A stretch of 52,421 bases of DNA from Gammaproteobacteria bacterium (GTDB lineage Bacteria; Pseudomonadota; Gammaproteobacteria; SZUA-229): positions 1 to 52,421 of the forward strand of contig WFOC01000003.1 in the NCBI GenBank assembly GCA_015488295.1, given 5' to 3'. This document shows positions 31,093-40,992 of the stretch, piece by piece. Numbering within the stretch: position 1 is the first letter of the stretch; the number at the start of each line of letters is the position of its first letter. A program made the position numbers and the translations under genes. The notes beneath the pieces were generated by a model, which made no database searches, was not told the DNA's origin, and worked only from the letters and a program-made list of their open reading frames with translations.

Positions 31093-31875
31093 ATTTTAAA
31101 TCAGGCCTCAATTGCTGTTGTATGCTTTTCGAAGATACGCCTGCCGCAAGCAAAGGAATTTTGCCAGCAGAACGGATTAGCGCTACTGAAAAACAAAGAT
31201 AAGCACCATGACCTGCAACTTGTCTTTCATGACGACCTGGTTGAATTATATGATCGCCAGCTGAACACCACGATTTCCATCGATTTTCTTGCCGGCACAC
31301 TGGCACACCGCCAGCAGTTCGGCGGCGGTCGGGGCCAGGCCATTGCCAAAGCCGTTGGCCTGAAATCAGGCACAGTACCCGACATCCTCGACACAACCGC
31401 CGGCCTGGCAGGTGATGCCTTCGTGCTCGCCACACTGGGCTGCCCGGTCACCATGCTCGAACGCTCCGCCATTGTCTTCACTTTGATCGAAAACGCCATC
31501 GAACGCGCCACGCTCAACGAAAAATTTACGCCAATATCAGAACAGGGGTTTCATGTTATCAACTGTGATGCCAACGATTATATCGAGGAGCAGCTAAACG
31601 CTGAAGCAGCCGCGCCCGATGTAATCTACATCGACCCCATGTATCCTCACAGAAAAAAATCGGCGCTGGTAAAAAAAGATATGCAGGTGCTGCAGCGCTT
31701 GCACGGCATCGATGACGACCCCGCCGCGTTACTGAAAAACGCCCTGCGCTTCGCAAAAAAACGCGTGGTTGTAAAACGCCCGATTCAGGCAGAAACGCTT
31801 GACGATAAAAAACCGAACACCTGCATCAAAAGCAAAAAAACACGGTATGACATTTATACCATTGCCAAAATGTAG
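31093..31875 (+). CDS. rsmJ: 16S rRNA m2G1516 methyltransferase RsmJ, apparently with a non-canonical start
   Basis: Frame open from 30991; IDFLAG.LAHRQQFGGGRGQAIAKAVG, ILDTTAGLAGDAFVLA, IYIDPMYP, RVVVKRP; no ATG/GTG/TTG before 31423; ATT at 31093 follows AAGG. Confidence 0.8.
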   Translation: MLNQASIAVVCFSKIRLPQAKEFCQQNGLALLKNKDKHHDLQLVFHDDLVELYDRQLNTTISIDFLAGTLAHRQQFGGGRGQAIAKAVGLKSGTVPDILDTTAGLAGDAFVLATLGCPVTMLERSAIVFTLIENAIERATLNEKFTPISEQGFHVINCDANDYIEEQLNAEAAAPDVIYIDPMYPHRKKSALVKKDMQVLQRLHGIDDDPAALLKNALRFAKKRVVVKRPIQAETLDDKKPNTCIKSKKTRYDIYTIAKM

Positions 31876-31921
31876 CGCCTTTCAGGGAAGCGCCAGCTCA
31901 CGTCAACAATAAAAATATTGT

Positions 31922-32404
31922 TTAATCCCTGAAATTATTAAACTGCAGCGGCAGGTCAATATCAGCACCTTTCAGGTAAGCCATCACCGCCTGTAACTCA
32001 TCACGTTTTTTACCCGTAACACGCACCTGCTCACCCTGAATCGCGGCCTGTACTTTAAACTTCTGCTCCTTGATCATCTTGGTGATTTTCTTTGCATCTT
32101 CTTTGTCGATACCATGTTTTACCGTGATCGTTTGATAAGCACGCAAGCCGCGTTCTTCAACCTTGCCACGATCAAGGCAGCGATTATCAATACCGCGTTT
32201 GGATAATTTATTCACCATAATGTCGCGCATCTGTTTCAGCTGAAAGTCGCTGCCCGCTTCAAAATTCATTTCATAGTCTTTTAGTATGACCTTCGCATCA
32301 CTGCCTTTAAAATCAAACCGGTTCGAAATCTCACGGTTCATCTGATCGACCGCATTAGTTAATTCATGGCTGTCGACTTCAGCAACAATATCAAAAGATG
32401 GCAT
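31922..32404 (-). CDS. yajQ: YajQ family nucleotide/cyclic di-GMP-binding protein
   Basis: MPSFDIV, NRFDFKG, RVTGKKRDELQ, LQFNNFRD. Confidence 0.95.
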   Translation of the reverse strand: MPSFDIVAEVDSHELTNAVDQMNREISNRFDFKGSDAKVILKDYEMNFEAGSDFQLKQMRDIMVNKLSKRGIDNRCLDRGKVEERGLRAYQTITVKHGIDKEDAKKITKMIKEQKFKVQAAIQGEQVRVTGKKRDELQAVMAYLKGADIDLPLQFNNFRD

Positions 32405-32504
32405 GTAAATTCTCCGCTAACCCAGATTCAAGGCGATAGATTAAAATAAAAAACTTCGTCAGAAGTATATTACTATACGAGATTACTATTCAAGAGTTTC
32501 AAAT

Positions 32505-32894
32505 ATGGCCAAGACAAACATAATCAACCTGATCATCGCACTTGGTGCATTCAATGCATTCATCGCTGTCGCCGCCGGCGCATTTGCTGCTCATGGATTA
32601 AAAAACATATTAAGCCCCGAATACATCAACACCTTCAAAACAGCCGCCGATTATCAGATGATACATGGCATCGGTTTAATCCTCATCGGCATTTTGAGCA
32701 AACAAAATCCCGGTCGTTACAACACCACCGCCGCCATCTTCATGTTCATCGGCATTATTTTATTCAGCGGCAGTCTATACACGCTCACCCTGACCGGCAC
32801 TCGATGGCTGGGAATCATCACCCCGTTTGGCGGCCTGTGCTTTTTAATCGCTTGGCTAACACTCGGATTTAATTATTTATTAAATAAAAATTAA
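32505..32894 (+). CDS. DUF423 (YgdD-like) membrane protein
   Basis: GAFAAHGL, YQMIH, LFSGSLY, ITPFGG. Confidence 0.9.
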   Translation: MAKTNIINLIIALGAFNAFIAVAAGAFAAHGLKNILSPEYINTFKTAADYQMIHGIGLILIGILSKQNPGRYNTTAAIFMFIGIILFSGSLYTLTLTGTRWLGIITPFGGLCFLIAWLTLGFNYLLNKN

Positions 32895-33055
32895 AAACCC
32901 GTTTTTATTAAAGAATCAAACCGTTCCCCACGATTACTTACCCACCCTTTAAACAAACTAACGAGATCAAATAAGACAAAAAAGCAACCGGGTTCACAAA
33001 GGATATACGCATATTCCTGTAATGATTCTAATTTGTTGCTAGACTCTCAAGACTC

Positions 33056-34180
33056 ATGGATCTCACAAAAAAATATAACGCAAATCCCGATCTAACGGCA
33101 CTGGCGCAATCGGATAAATTACAGCTACTCTATCGCCAGTCCTTCCCGGCCATTTTTATCAGCCTGTTTAATGCCTCGCTGCTAACCATCCTGCTCTGGC
33201 CCGCCCAGGACCACCGCATACTGCTCACCTGGTTTGGCATTCTGGCTGTCACCTCTACTGCGCGCATGATTCTGTTCATCCGGTATAAAAAAGCCGCACC
33301 AGAGGCCTCGGACGTTCTGCGCTGGGAAAAACCTTTTTTCATAACGCTTATCCTGTCATCGCTGGTCTGGGGCGTTGGCTGTGTGCTGATTATGCCGCCT
33401 GATTCGCTGGTGCATCAGGCCGTTATCTTTTACTTTTTAATCGGCATGTCAGGCGGTGCCATCTCGGTTTATTCCGCACACCGTACGATGACACTGGCAA
33501 CAATCGCTGCTGTATTGCTGCCGATCACGGGGTATTCCCTCATTCAGGGTGAATTCATTTTTGTGCTCACGGCCATTGGAGCCATCGTCTTCTTTCTTTC
33601 TGCGATACATGCCACAAAGCTCCTCGGTCTTGCCATGCACCAGAACTTTCTGATGACGCACCAGCTGAAACTTTCCAAGGAAAAAGCTGAGCGACTCGCA
33701 CGCATTGACGATCTGACCGGCCTGTTCAATCGACGCGCATTCTATGAATACGGCGAAATACTGGCGAACAGCAGCCAGCGCAGTAAAAATGAACTGGCGA
33801 TGATTCTGATGGACATCGACAACTTTAAAGCCATTAACGACCGCTACGGCCATGCAGCAGGCGATGCGGCATTAAAACAAATCGGTCAGATACTGCTGAA
33901 ACGGTTAAGAAAATCCGATATCTACGCACGTATTGGCGGCGAAGAATTCGGCATGCTGCTGCCCCTCACCTCACTGGAAAAAGCCGCACAACTTGCAGAA
34001 GAACTACGTCAGGTTATTGCCAGCACACCTGTCAGCTATGAAAACGACAGCTTCACCATCACCGCCAGCTTTGGCGTGACCAGCGATACCTGTAATATTG
34101 ATGCCCTCGTACGCCAGGCTGACCTGGCCATGTACCAGTCAAAAGATTCCGGTCGCAATACGGTTGTCTGCAACAAATAA
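33056..34180 (+). CDS. membrane-bound diguanylate cyclase
   Basis: Several TM helices; DDLTGLFNRR, DIDNFKAIND, RKSD I-site, GGEEF. Confidence 0.93.
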   Translation: MDLTKKYNANPDLTALAQSDKLQLLYRQSFPAIFISLFNASLLTILLWPAQDHRILLTWFGILAVTSTARMILFIRYKKAAPEASDVLRWEKPFFITLILSSLVWGVGCVLIMPPDSLVHQAVIFYFLIGMSGGAISVYSAHRTMTLATIAAVLLPITGYSLIQGEFIFVLTAIGAIVFFLSAIHATKLLGLAMHQNFLMTHQLKLSKEKAERLARIDDLTGLFNRRAFYEYGEILANSSQRSKNELAMILMDIDNFKAINDRYGHAAGDAALKQIGQILLKRLRKSDIYARIGGEEFGMLLPLTSLEKAAQLAEELRQVIASTPVSYENDSFTITASFGVTSDTCNIDALVRQADLAMYQSKDSGRNTVVCNK

Positions 34181-34302
34181 AAGCCACCGCCTGCCCGTCA
34201 TTTAACTTTCTTACCAGCCCTGCCTACGATAAAACTGTTTTGCAATAGGCGGTTTCTCTACTATGCTTGCATAAAAACAGCTATAAAAAATTCTTATCAT
34301 AA

Positions 34303-35001
34303 ATGTCGGGCATGAAAAAACTATCGCTACAGTCAGGAGCAACGCTACAGCTGCAGTTTCTTGACGAAACACGGCGTGACCGCTATCAGGTTAACGTCAT
34401 CGGTTATGTCGAAGGCCATAGTTTAATGATCACCGCTCCGCAGAAAAACGGAAACTTCGTGCTGTTACGCGAAGGCCAGCAATTTGTAGTCAGGCTGTTA
34501 TCCGGCACCCAGATCATCGGTTTCAATTCTGAAGTTCTGAAGGTTTACAACAACCCGTTCTCCTACGTCCATCTCAAACCACCGCTTGAAATTTCACAGT
34601 TAAACGTCAGAAATGCACACCGGGTAGAGCTAAAAGTCATCGCCAGCATACAGAACATCGAGCGCGATGAAGAAAGCAACGGCATTATAAAACCTGCGGA
34701 CAGCAAATCATCCTCCGCCATCGTCAACAACATGAGCATCACTGGTTGCCAGATACAGCTGCTGGAAACATTGCCCGAAAATTTTAAAGAGTTGATGATC
34801 AGCGCAAAAATCACTGTCGCCGAGCAGGAAAGGATTTTGACCATGGAAGCGGAAATCTGCTCACACCGTAAAGCTGAAATAGACGGCAAAAACTGGCAGC
34901 TGTATGGCATGAAATTCAACGAACTGGATGATGACCGCCGCCTGTTATTAAACTGTTTTGTTTATGAACAGCTGGTCAAGGAATTTTTCAACGAAAAATA
35001 A
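34303..35001 (+). CDS. YcgR-like flagellar brake / PilZ-domain protein
   Basis: N-terminal PilZN-like domain, RNAHR (RxxxR) and NMSITG (D/NxSxxG). Confidence 0.85.
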   Translation: MSGMKKLSLQSGATLQLQFLDETRRDRYQVNVIGYVEGHSLMITAPQKNGNFVLLREGQQFVVRLLSGTQIIGFNSEVLKVYNNPFSYVHLKPPLEISQLNVRNAHRVELKVIASIQNIERDEESNGIIKPADSKSSSAIVNNMSITGCQIQLLETLPENFKELMISAKITVAEQERILTMEAEICSHRKAEIDGKNWQLYGMKFNELDDDRRLLLNCFVYEQLVKEFFNEK

Positions 35002-35041
35002 AAACAGCTTCCGGCCGCACCGCTCATCTAAAAAAACTTTC

Positions 35042-35800
35042 CTAGCGTTTAAATTTTTTTCCCTGTATGGCCGCGCAGATGCCACGAAAAATACCAACTT
35101 CCCGCTGCGTTGTATTCGCCCGTTTAAAAAAACCTTTTAATCGCCGCATAATGACATCCGGGTTGTTGCTGCCAAAAAAATCAATGCTGTCCAGCGCCTC
35201 CTGCAAATGCTGATACATGCCCTCCAGCTGCTCGGTGTCAGCCAGCACATCTTGATAATGCTTCTTCCCTTTCTTTTTGATGATTTTTTCATCACTTAAA
35301 GCCAGCCGCAATTCATAGCTGACCACCTGCACCGCTGCCGCCAGATTTAACGAGCTGTAATCCGGGTTGGTCGGAATATGCAAAAGCACGTTGCACTTCG
35401 CCAGCTCGTCATTGGTCAGACCGCTGTTCTCACGGCCAAAAACGATAGCAATATCACCCTGCTCGATGAACTCAAGCGAGGTCTGCACACATTCTCTGGG
35501 CTCCAGAATCGGCCACTCAATGGTGCGTAACCGCGCGCTGGTGCCAGCCACCCAGACACAATCTGAAATCGCCAGGCTTAAGTCATCCACCACCACCGCA
35601 TCATCCAGCACATCAAGCGCACCGGCGGAGCGACTGATCGCTTCCAGAGAAGGAAAATCTTTAGGCTGCACCAGGTACAGCCGTGACAGCCCCATATTTT
35701 TCATCGCCCTCGCGGCCGCGCCGATATTGCCGGGATGCGAGGTATTTACCAGGACGATGCGGATATTTTTTAATAGAGCGAGATTTGCTTGCTGTGTCAT
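35042..35800 (-). CDS. trmJ: tRNA C32/U32 2'-O-methyltransferase (SPOUT)
   Basis: HPGNIGAAARAMKNMG, VFGRENSGLTNDEL, YSSLNLAAAVQ; divergent from suhB. Confidence 0.93.
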   Translation of the reverse strand: MTQQANLALLKNIRIVLVNTSHPGNIGAAARAMKNMGLSRLYLVQPKDFPSLEAISRSAGALDVLDDAVVVDDLSLAISDCVWVAGTSARLRTIEWPILEPRECVQTSLEFIEQGDIAIVFGRENSGLTNDELAKCNVLLHIPTNPDYSSLNLAAAVQVVSYELRLALSDEKIIKKKGKKHYQDVLADTEQLEGMYQHLQEALDSIDFFGSNNPDVIMRRLKGFFKRANTTQREVGIFRGICAAIQGKKFKR

Positions 35801-36044
35801 GGCGGCAATTCTGCTATGCTACGCACCAAATTAAAAGCACTTTATTCAAACTCTTTAACTCCAGCTCTTTAAAAACTTATACCTTTCACGTTTGGGAATA
35901 CTCAATCCAGAGTGTATATCTCATGGTGAAGGGCTAGACGCAAAAATACCGCTAGAGTAATCTCTGGCAAAATTTTGCAACGACGCCATTCGCCATGAGA
36001 GGCGCGCTATAGATTGAGTATTTTTTGAACGTGGAAGGTATCAT

Positions 36045-36851
36045 ATGCAAGCAATGGTAAATATAGCGGTGCGCGCTGCGCGTGCTGCCGGCGACATTAT
36101 AATTCGTAACATGGATAGACTTGATCGCCTCAAAGTCGTCACCAAACAGAACAATGATTTCGTCAGTAACGTCGACCACATGGCCGAAGAGGCCATTATC
36201 GCCACCATCAAGGAAGCCTTTCCTGATCACGGCATTCTCGCCGAAGAAAGCGGCACACAGGCAGAAAGCTCAGAATACCAGTGGATCATCGACCCGCTGG
36301 ACGGCACCACCAACTACCTGCATGGCTTCCCGCAATTCGCAGTTTCCATTGCCCTGCAGGTCAAAGGTCGCCTCGAAGTCGGCGTTATTTATGACCCAAT
36401 GGCGCAGGAATTATTTACCGCTTCACGCGGCAACGGCGCACAGCTTAACGACAAAAAAATCCGCGTCACCAGCCACAAGGGTCTGAAAAACGCCCTGCTC
36501 GGCACCGGTTTTCCTTATCACGACCAGAGCTATCTCGACACCTATCTGGAAACCATGAAAGCCCTGATGCAAAAAACCGCCGGCCTGCGCCGCCCCGGTT
36601 CCGCTGCCCTCGACCTGGCCTGGCTGGCCGCCGGCCGCATCGACGGCTTCTGGGAATTCAACCTGAAAGCCTGGGATATCGCCGCCGGCGCACTCATCGT
36701 GCGTGAAGCCGGTGGCATCGTCAGCGATTTTGAAAACAGGGACGGTTATCTGAAAAGTGGCGACATCATTGCTGCGGCTCCCAAGGTTTATCCTGAGATG
36801 ATGAAAATCATTCAGGAAAAGGTTGGCGCGAGCAATTACCTGAGAAAATAA
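36045..36851 (+). CDS. suhB: inositol monophosphatase SuhB
   Basis: WIIDPLDGTTN, RRPGSAALDL, WDIAAG. Confidence 0.96.
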   Translation: MQAMVNIAVRAARAAGDIIIRNMDRLDRLKVVTKQNNDFVSNVDHMAEEAIIATIKEAFPDHGILAEESGTQAESSEYQWIIDPLDGTTNYLHGFPQFAVSIALQVKGRLEVGVIYDPMAQELFTASRGNGAQLNDKKIRVTSHKGLKNALLGTGFPYHDQSYLDTYLETMKALMQKTAGLRRPGSAALDLAWLAAGRIDGFWEFNLKAWDIAAGALIVREAGGIVSDFENRDGYLKSGDIIAAAPKVYPEMMKIIQEKVGASNYLRK

Positions 36852-36904
36852 GCGATCAGAAAAAATCGCGCTCAAACAGTCGAGCGAGCATTGCCAGATA
36901 ACAT

Positions 36905-37360
36905 ATGATTTCTGACCAACAGTTTCTGAAAGTAATCGATGCCACGCCTCTGGTCTCCATTGATCTAATTCTTGAAAACCCGCAGGGAAAAATACTGCTC
37001 GGCAAGCGCAACAACCGCCCTGCTCAAAATTACTGGTTTGTCCCCGGTGGCAGAATACGTAAAAACGAAAAGCTGGCAGATGCGATAAAAAGAATTTCAT
37101 CCACTGAACTAGGCACTGAAATCACATTGAACAACAGCCAGCTACTCGGTGCTTTCGATCATATTTATGATGATAACTTTTCAGGCAGCAACGGCATAAA
37201 CACGCATTATGTAGTGCAGGCTTACAAGGTTCGCATGAAAGATGATTTTAAAATCATGGCCGACGACCAGCACTCTGAAAAAAAATGGTGGCACATAAAA
37301 GATTTACTTGATGCGCCTGACGTGCATCAAAACACAAAAGCCTATTTTCCGAAGGCGTAA
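36905..37360 (+). CDS. gmm: GDP-mannose mannosyl hydrolase (Nudix)
   Basis: TPLVSIDL, NRPAQNYWFVPGGRI, THYVV, VHQNTKAYF. Confidence 0.9.
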   Translation: MISDQQFLKVIDATPLVSIDLILENPQGKILLGKRNNRPAQNYWFVPGGRIRKNEKLADAIKRISSTELGTEITLNNSQLLGAFDHIYDDNFSGSNGINTHYVVQAYKVRMKDDFKIMADDQHSEKKWWHIKDLLDAPDVHQNTKAYFPKA

Positions 37361-37383
37361 TTTTCCGCTGTAACAACCACGGC

Positions 37384-37431
37384 AAAAAAAAACACCGCAA
37401 CCACCCGTGAGTGACTGCGGTGTTTTTATTT
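37384..37431. terminator. bidirectional intrinsic terminator
   Basis: AAAAAAACACCGCA...TGCGGTGTTTTT between convergent genes. Confidence 0.8.
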
Positions 37432-37442
37432 CTGCAACAAGA

Positions 37443-37910
37443 TCACCTGGCCGGTATTGCATCCACCCGGTAAACCTCATGACAGGCAACACAGTTTTGC
37501 ATCAACTCACTTAACTGCTTCAGGCTTACAGATGTATCACCAAAGGCTTCCGCATCCATCGCCAGCTGATCAAACTTTCTGTGCGTATCAAAGCCCAGCT
37601 TTTTAAACTCCAGCGGCAGCTTCTTCATCAGTGATCCGGGAACAGCCTGCTGAGCCGCACCACCAACTTCTCTTGCCGCCCTGGCGACTGTTTCTGCATC
37701 ACCTTCACTGGCTGCCTGAATAATCTGCTGCGCTGCGCTTAAGAACATTCGCATTTCAGCCAACACCAGGTTTCTTTCATCAACTTCCAGCAGCAGCGAC
37801 TGCCTGCCGTCTTCTGCAACAGTTATTTCACCGGCAACGATGAATCTATAAGCCATTGCACCGATAACAAGCAATGCACCCAACAATAACACCCAACATA
37901 ATTTACACAT
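37443..37910 (-). CDS. membrane-anchored class II (c'-like) cytochrome c
   Basis: N-terminal hydrophobic segment, helical body, C-terminal CVACH. Confidence 0.8.
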   Translation of the reverse strand: MCKLCWVLLLGALLVIGAMAYRFIVAGEITVAEDGRQSLLLEVDERNLVLAEMRMFLSAAQQIIQAASEGDAETVARAAREVGGAAQQAVPGSLMKKLPLEFKKLGFDTHRKFDQLAMDAEAFGDTSVSLKQLSELMQNCVACHEVYRVDAIPAR

Positions 37911-38014
37911 ATCAATTTCTATTCCTTAAAACAACTCTGATTAAAACAAATTGCAAGCTGAACCATTCCGGCCCAGCCTGCAAAATACAGTTTCATAAAT
38001 TGACTAGAATTTTC

Positions 38015-38215
38015 CTAGCAACAACTCCCGTCTTTCACACCAAACTTCCTTAATATACTGGCCAGAGGGCATAAATTTGTTATACCACTTTGCGCCAGAT
38101 TAAAGCCGACAAAAGCTGTCAGACCAATCCAGTATGGATGCACGAAGTGCGCAAGAGCTATACCAAGCAATACCATAAGGCCTGCCATAAGGTGAACGAT
38201 TCTATCAACTGTCAT
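38015..38215 (-). CDS. DUF2892 (YgaP-type) small membrane protein
   Basis: DRIVH..AG, LTAFVGFNLAQSGITNLCP; C-terminal CC. Confidence 0.85.
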   Translation of the reverse strand: MTVDRIVHLMAGLMVLLGIALAHFVHPYWIGLTAFVGFNLAQSGITNLCPLASILRKFGVKDGSCC

Positions 38216-38229
38216 GACTTTCTCCCGGG

Positions 38230-39381
38230 TTACATTTTGTAAGATACTTGAAAATTAACAACATTCTGCTCAAGTTCTATAGTGTTTCCTGAGCCGGAGT
38301 TTGAAGTAAGCTCGTTGCTAAACGCATGCAGATATGAAACCGAGCCTTCCACACGTTTACCCAGCTTGCGGGTCGCACCAACTGACAAATGCGTTTCGGT
38401 AATTGCCAGTGAACCTATATTGTTATCAACATCTTCTTCCCCGATAGGTGACGCACCATAGTTAAAGCCGGCGCGTAATGTTGTTTTATCGCTGATTTTT
38501 TTCTGCACACCCAGAGCAAAAACAACCTGGTCATCCCAGCCGAAGTTCATAACTGTTTTTCCTGCCGGCGTATCAAAATCAACTTTATCCAGCACATCAG
38601 AAAAACCGATATATTTAACATCTGCCTCAATCAGCAAACCGTTGCCGGGTTGATACGCAAGACCCAGACTCAATGTTTCTGGCGCATCCAGAGTCATTGA
38701 ATAATGTCCCGCCGTAGTATTCCACTCAAACGCACTCATGGACTGTTTACTTACATACGATGCACCAAGCTGCATTGTATTGCTTAACTTATAAATCAAA
38801 CCCACTGTAAAACCAAAACCGTAAACCTGATTTTGCGGCAAGTGCATTTGTGAGTTATCAATGGCCAGACTCTGATAATCAATATTCAATGCGGCACCAA
38901 GAGCAACCTTGTCATTTACCTGATAAGAAAAGCCAGGCGCAATGCGATAGAACTGTTTGGTAGTGACCACGCTCTGGCTACCAGGCGATGCCGGTGCAAT
39001 GTCAGCAAAATCCACACCCATGCCGGACAGACCAGCCATCCCCATTCCCAGCGTCAGCTTGTCATCAATTTTAAATGCCACTGCACCGGAAGGAATCAAA
39101 TATAGTTCCGAATCACTGTCTGTGCCGTTGGCTTTGCGCGGTGGATTAAGAAAACCAAATCCCATATCAAACCGGACATCTTCAATTTCAAGTAATGAAA
39201 GGCCTGCCGGATTAGTGATGATTGTTCCACTGTCCTGCGGTGCTGCAACAACAGCACCAGCCATACCCCACTGGGTCGCTGTCACGCCCAGCATCTGATC
39301 ACCATTGGTTGCATAAACAACAGAACTACCAGCGACTGCCGCCGCAACGACGCTTACTTTTATCAGTGTTTTATTTAGCAT
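38230..39381 (-). CDS. OmpP1/FadL/TodX family outer-membrane channel
   Basis: Signal peptide then ATNGDQMLG, GMAGA, NPAGL hatch motif, LRAGFNYG; GAGG RBS before ATG 39381. Confidence 0.88.
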   Translation of the reverse strand: MLNKTLIKVSVVAAAVAGSSVVYATNGDQMLGVTATQWGMAGAVVAAPQDSGTIITNPAGLSLLEIEDVRFDMGFGFLNPPRKANGTDSDSELYLIPSGAVAFKIDDKLTLGMGMAGLSGMGVDFADIAPASPGSQSVVTTKQFYRIAPGFSYQVNDKVALGAALNIDYQSLAIDNSQMHLPQNQVYGFGFTVGLIYKLSNTMQLGASYVSKQSMSAFEWNTTAGHYSMTLDAPETLSLGLAYQPGNGLLIEADVKYIGFSDVLDKVDFDTPAGKTVMNFGWDDQVVFALGVQKKISDKTTLRAGFNYGASPIGEEDVDNNIGSLAITETHLSVGATRKLGKRVEGSVSYLHAFSNELTSNSGSGNTIELEQNVVNFQVSYKM

Positions 39382-39466
39382 TGCTATCCTCATTTAGTCG
39401 TAAAGTTACAAATATAATTGTCATTGTTTTTATTATATTTAGTGTTTGTACTGCTCATGCCTGCGG

Positions 39467-40111
39467 TTAACGCAAACGATTTGAAACGCCAGGCTGACCT
39501 CTAAACACCTGGTGACAGGCAACACAGCCTTCTGCAATTTTTCCGAGATACATGGTCGCTTCACCGGTATTTCCTTTATCAGCCGCTGCGGCAAGACGTA
39601 AGGCGTTGCCTTCAACCAGGTCATTAAAACCAACAAGGCTGGCCAGCCTGTCATCATTCACATCGTCTTTGGCCATGTAAGGAATCAAACCACCAAGCGG
39701 TAAACGATGATTAGCAAGACGGCGTGCTGCATCTGCTGCCTGCTCATTGTTGTCCGTGACCAGACCAGTGGTAATACTTTGGTAATCAGACAGAACCTCA
39801 TGCATCACCTGACGCAATGTCAGCTGCTTGCTGCGACGTGAGTGCGTGGAAAGAATATTCATCAGCGCCATTTTGGTTTCTTTAGACAGCCCTTTAACCT
39901 GCTTTTGTAAATCAGGCTTCATTAAGGCCATATCAGATTTCATGATTTTCTGCATTTTCATCATCGTTTCTTTATCCATTCCCGCTGCCCGTACATTCTC
40001 GTTAGCATAGGCAGAAGCGGGGACAGCAAATAAAAAAGATGTGATGGCAACAGCTTTAACAAGCTTGCTTATAGGGGTAATCATAAAATTTTTGCTTACG
40101 TGTAATGACAT
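39467..40111 (-). CDS. periplasmic class II (c'-like) cytochrome c with Met-rich N-terminal segment
   Basis: Signal peptide ending ASAYA, C-terminal CVACHQVFR. Confidence 0.8.
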   Translation of the reverse strand: MSLHVSKNFMITPISKLVKAVAITSFLFAVPASAYANENVRAAGMDKETMMKMQKIMKSDMALMKPDLQKQVKGLSKETKMALMNILSTHSRRSKQLTLRQVMHEVLSDYQSITTGLVTDNNEQAADAARRLANHRLPLGGLIPYMAKDDVNDDRLASLVGFNDLVEGNALRLAAAADKGNTGEATMYLGKIAEGCVACHQVFRGQPGVSNRLR

Positions 40112-40224
40112 GTGTCTACTCCGGTTTAGTATCTGGTAATTGTGTGCTACCGTTATTTATAAAGATTTCACAATTGAATACTGGAGAAAACATGTTTCAC
40201 TGGTATTTCAGAAATCGCCTTAAA

Positions 40225-40241
40225 TGTAACAAATTGTTACA
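40225..40241. promoter_or_regulatory. TGTAAC-N5-GTTACA palindrome in the divergent promoter
   Basis: Perfect 6-5-6 inverted repeat between the cytochrome operon and the response regulator. Confidence 0.45.
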
Positions 40242-40263
40242 ACAGCCAAACTGATGAGTAAAA

Positions 40264-40980
40264 ATGAGTAAACTCGATATCGAAACAGAAATGATACTGA
40301 TCGTCGATGACGACAAAGCATTATGTGATTTGCTTACGCGCTACTTATCAGAGAACGGCTATGCAGCAACATCAGTGAACGACGGGGAAGAAATGCGAAA
40401 CTTCTTGCTGCAGACAACACCCGAACTCATCATTCTGGACCTTATGTTACCTGGTGATGATGGCCTGTCACTGGCAAAAGAAGTCAGAAACACAGGCGAT
40501 ACCCCCATCATCATACTGTCTGCTCGCGGTGATGAGATAGACCGTATTGTCGGACTGGAGGTCGGTGCCGACGACTACCTTCCAAAGCCTTTTAACCCGC
40601 GCGAATTACTGGCACGTATCCGCTCTGTTTTAAGGCGCAGTCACGCCGAGCAGAATAAAACAAACAGCAAACTTGAAGAAAGCATTTTTGGTGATTACCG
40701 AATGCTGCCAGCAAGCCGGCAGCTATTTCACAACAATGATGAAGTGCCTTTAACCAACGGTGAGTTTGCGCTACTCGAAGTATTTGTAAACAACCCGGGG
40801 CGAATACTAAACCGGGATTCATTATTGCAATTACTCAAGGGCTATGAACACCAACCATATGACAGAAGCATTGACGTACGCATCGCACGACTGCGCCGAA
40901 AAATTGAAACCGATCCATCAAACCCTGCATACATACGAACAGTCTGGGGCGAAGGTTATCTGTTTACACCCGATCCCTGA
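40264..40980 (+). CDS. OmpR-family response regulator
   Basis: IVDDD, LDLMLPG, GADDYLPKPF, DRSIDVRIARLR, RTVWGEGY. Confidence 0.95.
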   Translation: MSKLDIETEMILIVDDDKALCDLLTRYLSENGYAATSVNDGEEMRNFLLQTTPELIILDLMLPGDDGLSLAKEVRNTGDTPIIILSARGDEIDRIVGLEVGADDYLPKPFNPRELLARIRSVLRRSHAEQNKTNSKLEESIFGDYRMLPASRQLFHNNDEVPLTNGEFALLEVFVNNPGRILNRDSLLQLLKGYEHQPYDRSIDVRIARLRRKIETDPSNPAYIRTVWGEGYLFTPDP

Positions 40981-40992
40981 TAACACAACTTT

